A DNA stretch of 64,000 nucleotides from Zygnema circumcarinatum SAG 698-1b (taxonomy: Eukaryota > Plantae > Zygnematophyceae), in assembly GCA_037447605.1 (NCBI GenBank), contig CM074810.1, forward strand, positions 1,522,880 to 1,586,879, written 5' to 3'. Below are positions 58,397 through 64,000 of this stretch, one piece after another; position 1 is the stretch's first letter; each line of letters begins with the position of its first letter. Made by a program: the position numbers and the translations under genes. The notes beneath the pieces were generated by a model. That model made no database searches. It had not been told where the DNA came from and worked only from the letters and a program-made list of their open reading frames with translations.

Positions 58397-58925
58397 GTAA
58401 CCGTACGAAACTCAATATTACCGTACGGTCTGTGGAAGGTCGGTTCTTCAGGATATCTTCCAATGAATGTTCGCCACGTATGCATAGGTTATATGTGGCA
58501 ATTTATTATGGGTAACTCTTATAGCTCCGTATTATACACTTTGAGGTTCGATACAATGTATAATACGGAAAGATGTTTGTATAATACAGTATTAATACTG
58601 TATTATACACTGTATAATACCTTAACGCAACTGTTAACAGCCGTCCAATCGGAACATAGATATGTACGAAAATTATGTACGGGAGGGGTGTACCAACATG
58701 TACGAACCAAGTCACACGTGTTGAATGTTTGGCAAGTGACGTGACTTGGCAAGTGCTGGAATTTCAATATTATAATCAATCTTTGTTCAACTAAGCACGA
58801 AAATAAAAATAACAGGCTGCGGATCAAGATCCTCGTGCGTTGCCCTTTTATAGAAATGTCTTCGAACCTTAATTATGTGAAGTGAACTGAAACGGAAACT
58901 GATCGAACACATAAGCTGAATGGGT

Positions 58926-59026
58926 NNNNNNNNNNNNNNNNNNNNNNNNNNNNNNNNNNNNNNNNNNNNNNNNNNNNNNNNNNNNNNNNNNNNNNNNNNN
59001 NNNNNNNNNNNNNNNNNNNNNNNNNA
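58926..59026. other. Assembly gap (~100 N)
   Basis: N run. Further 10-N joins at 5329, 12465, 20841, 24896, 26225, 37901, 57514, 60464, 63101 and 63955. Confidence 0.99.
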
Positions 59027-59569
59027 CATTTTTTGTGTCATGACCATCGCTTACGAAATTCAAAGGTTCGCTATACGGAAAGGTATTGATTTCGCTTCCA
59101 GGTTTCGGGTCGGAAACCGCGGCTCCCCCGAACCTGTCATGTCCCGTCCGTACTACGAAATAGGTTACAAAAATATCCCCAAATTTCCGAAATCCGCCGA
59201 AATCCGCTCGCCGAAACGCAGGAGGCCCTGCGTTTCGGTTTTGTTGAAAAGGCAGCAAATCCGCCGATGAGGAATCGTGCCCCGCCTTGTCGCCATGCGC
59301 GTCACGCACGTGCGAGCGCCTCTCGCACGTGTGAAGCAGGCGTGGCGACTAGGGATGGATTAATTACGACTATATAATATATATTATATTATACAACTGT
59401 GACGACTAGATAACGGCTGATATATATTACTTTACAACGCCTTTACAACATGTACGGTCGGACGGTCGTATGGTCGTACGACTGTACGGTACTATGCGGT
59501 ACGAATGTACGGTCGAGCAGAGACGGACGCATTTCGCAACGCCAACGCCAAAACGACCTAATTTTGGTA

Positions 59570-60094
59570 CAGTAGGGGGTCCTCATATTTTCCACCCTGG
59601 TTCCGGGCAAAATGAGGCGAAAATATTAAATTTGCATATATAAGGTTCGTGTTACGAATAGACGGGCGGTATTATGTTAGAGTTCATGTTGAACCGTACG
59701 TATCGTACCGTACCATATCGTACCGTATCGTACTGTATAATTTAGCATCGTATCGTATCGTGACATTTCGTGACATATCGTGACGCATATACTGTCGTAC
59801 ATACTGTCGTCATCCAACCATCGGGGAGTTTCGTATCGTATTGACCGTATCGTATCGTATCGAAGTCAAGAAGACGGGGAGAAGAGCGAGCGCCTCTTAC
59901 GGCGGCACTAGCGGGGAGATTAGGTGCGTTTTGCGTAAGCCCGTAACGGCTAGTACAGATAGCACGTACAGTACGGACAGTACGAACAGTACGGCTAACA
60001 CAAGTTACCGTACAAAAAAGTGGTTTCGGCAAAATTGGGGCGAAAATATTGAGGACGCACTCCTTGGGGTGGTAAATACGAGGACCCCCCACTG
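59570..60094. mobile_element. MITE, Tc1/mariner(pogo)-type: 525 bp, 29-bp TIRs, TA target
   Basis: TA|CAGTAGGGGGTCCTCATATTTTCCACCCT ... GGGGTGGTAAATACGAGGACCCCCCACTG|TA (TIRs match 25/29). Confidence 0.78.
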
Positions 60095-60096
60095 TA

Positions 60097-60463
60097 CAGT
60101 AGGACCCCATCATATTTTCCACCTGGGTTTCGCGAAAATCCGGCGAAAATATTGTTTTTGGCAAATATCAGGTCTGTGTTACCAATAGACGGGCGGTATT
60201 ACGTTAGAGTTTATGTAAGTCCGTACGTATCGTATCGTATCGCTTGCTGATATATTGTATCGCACCGTACCGTATCGTATCGTGGCAACTGACACTATGG
60301 TGGCCTCTTGCGGCGGCAAGGGCAGGAAAAATTCGGAGAGTTAAAATTCGAGCCCGTAACGGCTACTACAGCTCGTACGGCTAGTACGGATAGTACCGTA
60401 TCGGGGAGTTTCGTATTGTATCGTACCGTATCGTATTGTATCGAAGCCAAGAAGAAGGGGAGA
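60097..60463. mobile_element. Second related MITE copy, sharing the TA with the first and truncated by an N gap
   Basis: Begins TA|CAGTAGGACCCCATCATATTTTCCACC. Internal blocks (AATAGACGGGCGGTATTA, TCGGGGAGTTTCGTAT, GAAGCCAAGAAGA) match the first copy. Confidence 0.68.
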
Positions 60464-60473
60464 NNNNNNNNNN

Positions 60474-62162
60474 AGATCCACGACAAGATCGACTCTACCA
60501 GCAGTTCCTGAAGACACAGAATCAGCAGTTGTATGATCCCTACGCTACATCTTCTCGGAACAAGCCTTCTTTCTCCGGCATCACTGCTCAGGACGTCCGG
60601 GCAGCCCTTGTGGTTCAGCCTCTGGCCATAGCCAGCGCGACCAAGCCCCTTCCCCTTTCCCCATACCCTCATGATCCGGCGCATCCCATTGAGCCGGCGG
60701 TGAATCCTCACATCCCAAACGTTTCTCGTCTAGGATATCGGGGTCCTTATTCCGATCGCACACCCGAAGAGAGAGAAGCTGCCAGGGCCGATTTGCGCCG
60801 TCGGATGACAGAGGCAGGGGTTCCAGAGGGCGTTTACCTGCCTCGCGCCTCGACCACAACCGCCGCCGCTAGGACCATGGACCCCGCACCTTCGTCGCAT
60901 CACGGACATGATGCCCGTATGCACGCGGAGACCTCAAGGAGAAGGCCCGAAAGGAAAGAGGCAACGCAGGAGCTCACCCGCAGAGATCACCTCATGGACA
61001 CATGCTCCCCGCCACACCAATTAAGAACTCCGCCCTTCGCCAGCCCACCTCCTTCACCCGCTTATACCATCCTGCAACGTCCGCCTATCCATCTGCACCC
61101 CATGGAGTCCCCTTCCCTGACAAACGCATTGGGTGCTGAGTCTGATCCTGCTCCCCGCTCACGCACCGCCCAGATAGCCGCAGCATTGCAACCGGCTTGG
61201 TCCGAATCCCCCATCACTTCTGAAGAGGGTGCTCAAGCCCGGATCGCCGAGATTGCAACTGCCTTGCGCAGACTCCCTGTCAACCAAAGTGATCCGCATT
61301 CACATCCCCTGCCATTCCTCCCTGCCAATGTCAACGGCGCCAGCTCCTCCGGCACGGCTCCATCGGTCGCCACCCCTGTCCGGAGAACTTCAGTCCTCCC
61401 TCCTTCCACGGGTCATCCCTTGGGATCCATGCCCGAGGAGGCAACCGACGATCTCTACCGAGGAGGGAGCCGACAGCCGGGCGCCAGCCTGCAGCCGCAT
61501 GTACACCGCCACAGAAGAAATGCATACCAACCTCCTCGCCCCATCGCCTCGAAAGCGTTCTCGTTTCTTGCCCCAAGCAACCGATCGCCGACCACCCTCG
61601 AAGCCGCATCGCCTATCCCCATTGAACGCGGCCGGTTCATCACCATGGGAGACAAGGCTAAGATCGGCATTACCTTGTCACAGTTGATGCAGCTGGTTCC
61701 AGGTGCTGCAGCCGTAGTTCGTAAGCTGGCCGACAGTGCAGAGGCCACCCTGCGGCCTCCCACGGTTCCCATGGCACCTCCTCCGGACATCCCCTCGCCG
61801 GCAGATATCCACCACATGGCCACGGCGCCTCTTCCAGACCCAGTTCGCTCTCCCCGCCATCCTCCTCGCCAGATTCACGTTCTCCCTCTGATCCCAACAC
61901 CCAACGTGCGAATCATTGTCAATGTATGGCTAAACGGTCATCCCAGCAAGGCCATGATCGACACAAGAGCTATGCGCACAGTTCTGTCCAAGCCAGTGAT
62001 GAAGGCCGCAGGGGTTAAGCTGGGACAAGACGCTGAGCCCACCCCCGATATGTGGCCGAGGGGAGCCATATGAAGGATTGCGCGGCCTGTTGGGATGGAT
62101 CTGCTTCCGCTGCTCCCCGCGCCACCGCTGCACGCCTCCATTGGAACTCCGGTTCCCACCGA
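60474..62162 (+). pseudogene. Retroelement gag-protease relic (Ty3/Gypsy-like)
   Basis: Long Pro-rich ORF ending in KIGITLSQLMQLVP...IIVNVWLNGHPSKAMIDTRAMRTVLS, a retropepsin with D-T-G mutated to D-T-R. A premature TGA lies at 62071-62073, and VGMDLL continues in frame before the Copia LTR interrupts it. Confidence 0.65.
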
Positions 62163-63169
62163 TGAAGACATCTTCACTCTCTCTCACTCTATCTCACTTC
62201 ACTCATAGCCCATAACTCACAGAATGAACCCAGAGACAAGCACAGTGGAAATAACACACGAGAGAGTATAGGAGAAATCTCACGGCTCTAAAACTCCTTT
62301 ATAATAAGTATAACAATAATAAGAATGTCACTCACAGGAAGTTCTCCCCCTCTCACCAGCTACTTCTCCCCTTACTACCCTTGCGACACAAGCAGACCAG
62401 CCCAGCAACACGAGCAGGCACAGAATAAGTCACGAAACTACAGTAGACTAGTGTGGTTATCCTACATAACAAAGATAAACCCTAAATACCGCCATGGCCT
62501 TGTAAAGTGACATCTTCCTTGTTGACCGATGTCACGTCACGCCGCCCTCGCGTTCGCCAGCCTCGGTACGCTGCTCAACATCCAAATTTTGCGTCTTCGT
62601 AAACTCCACGCCAAAGACCACCTAGTCGCCGTGTCAGCCCTCGCATAGCCTCGCCGCCCATTCAACTGTCGCCGCCCGCTCGAAGCGCGTAACTTCCGCT
62701 CGTCCAGACACCGCCGCCGCCTCGCTGCCAAGATGTTCGCTTCGCTGCCAAGACTGCATAATATCTGATACCGGGCCCGCTGACGCAAATTCGGCCGCCG
62801 TGATTTCCGGGCTGTTAATTGCCCATACCGCCGACTCCTGCCTCCTCCGTAGCTGACCTCGCCGAGTCCGGGCGACCAAGCACTAAGGGTCCGGACGCCG
62901 GGTTCCTACTGACATCACCGACATCCTCCCGCCTCGAAAAGCGTGCACGGGCCACCTAGACATTTGGCCCGACCGTATTCCTAGGAACACTACTAGAAGC
63001 GTATCTCATGTTTCCTGCAACTCAGGACCATAACAATGTTAGTGTGAACCCGTACAATGTCTAACTATAGCACACTAACACTAACAATCCCCCTCTTGGG
63101 NNNNNNNNNNCCACAACAATGTTAGTGTGAACCCGTACAATGTCTAACTATAGCACACTAACACTAACA
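62163..63169 (-). mobile_element. 3' LTR of a Ty1/Copia element (~924 bp; end duplicated across the 10-N join)
   Basis: On the - strand the PPT AAGAGGGGGAT is followed by TGTTAGTGTTAG at 63169, repeated at 63086 across the gap. Probable right end ...TCTTCA at 62163. Confidence 0.72.
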
Positions 63170-63185
63170 ATCCCCCTCTTGGGCC

Positions 63186-63954
63186 TCAGTTCCTCATGGG
63201 CCCTAGCCCAATGAGTCTGCTATTCACTAGTAGCGTCTCACCACTAACTCCTTTAGTCAACATATCCGCAGCCTGCTCCTTCGTCCCCACGAACTTCACA
63301 ACAATCATCCCCTCCTCTACCAATTCTCGCACATAATGGTATTGCACTCTGATGTGCTTTGTCCTCTTATGAAACACAGGGTTTTCAACAAGAGCTATGG
63401 ACGACTGATTATCCGTGAACAAAGTCAAGGGACGTTGTGGCCTCTTACACTCATCAAAGAAATGTTGGAACCAAACTCCCTCCTTCGCTGCGTGACATGC
63501 TCCCATGTACTCGCCTTCGGTGCTAGACAACGCAACCGAATCCTGTAGCTTCGAGCTCCATGAGATCGCTCCACCTGCGTTCAGGTACACAAATCCGGAG
63601 GTCGATCGCGAAGTGTCCACGTCACCTCCCCAGTCAGAGTCGGTGTATCCGATCACTCTGTTCGGTGTTGCTCCCGAGTCAGCTCCTGCGCTCTCCGGCG
63701 TGCTGATCTCCTCCAAAACCGGGACCTGAGGCGCTTCAACGCCTTCTCCGCTGGTTTCCACGTCCTCATACACAATCTCCAATCCTGCCTTTTGGGGTTG
63801 GGTCTCACCTAGTCGTGTCACCACCCCTTTCTCATCCACCGTGATGTCCCTCGAGCTCTGCACTTCCTTCGCTCGCGGGTTCCAAATCCTGTAGGTGCGA
63901 CTGTCCATGTTGTAGCCGAGAACATATCCTTCAACGGCTCGCGGGTCGAACTTC
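63186..63954 (-). mobile_element. Ty1/Copia pol fragment: integrase C-terminal SH3-like region fused in frame to RNase H; RT absent
   Basis: KFDPRAVEGYVLGYNMDSRTYRIWNP...SRDITVDE, then ~45 aa, then VIGYTDSDWGGD...ISWSSKLQ...SSTEGEY...TDNQSSI...KRTKHI...QAADMLTK, with the stop just before the PPT. Confidence 0.9.
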
Positions 63955-64000
63955 NNNNNNNNNNATGGTGCAGGGCCTTCCCGTCCGCCGCGTGCGGACA

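Noticed and set aside
63028-63183. Doubled LTR start and PPT
   Set aside because: ~73 bp is repeated across the 10-N join (offset 83); assembly overlap.

Overview
Eukaryotic, intron-rich plant-lineage DNA. Arabidopsis-type TTTAGGG motifs are common and the gene models are land-plant-like, so a streptophyte alga or early land plant is likely; the species cannot be determined. The assembly has many 10-N joins and one ~100-N gap. Bases 1-51.4 kb are a compact gene cluster, with exons mapped by eye through GT-AG sites and reading phase. In order: the 3' end of an unidentified gene (+); an AVT6-like amino-acid transporter (-, 7 exons, 460 aa); a YAE1-N-domain gene (+, 3 exons); a secreted GH28 polygalacturonase-like gene (-, 4 exons, 491 aa); a long RelA/SpoT homolog RSH1 (+; part duplicated across an N-join, one expected exon not visible); and DNA polymerase theta/TEBICHI (-, 27 exons, ~2,660 aa). 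Introns carry GA/CT tracts, degenerate telomere arrays and minisatellites. Bases 51.5-64 kb are transposon-derived: ~210-bp tandem units, a solo LTR with a 5-bp TSD, a ~1.4-kb foldback, two TA-flanked MITEs, a Gypsy-like gag-protease relic, and a Copia element whose pol ORF lacks RT. The most notable signals are: (1) a ~53-bp inverted double module, CCAAT-N9-CCACG-N14-16-CGTGG-N9-ATTGG, shared by promoters, an intron and the foldback element (11 perfect ERSE-type half-sites found by eye); (2) a 3.86-kb near-pure (GGGA/GGA)n tract inside a POLQ intron; (3) intronic minisatellites built on 5' splice-site sequence; (4) a first intron with inverted-repeat arms; (5) an in-frame RT-less Copia ORF.
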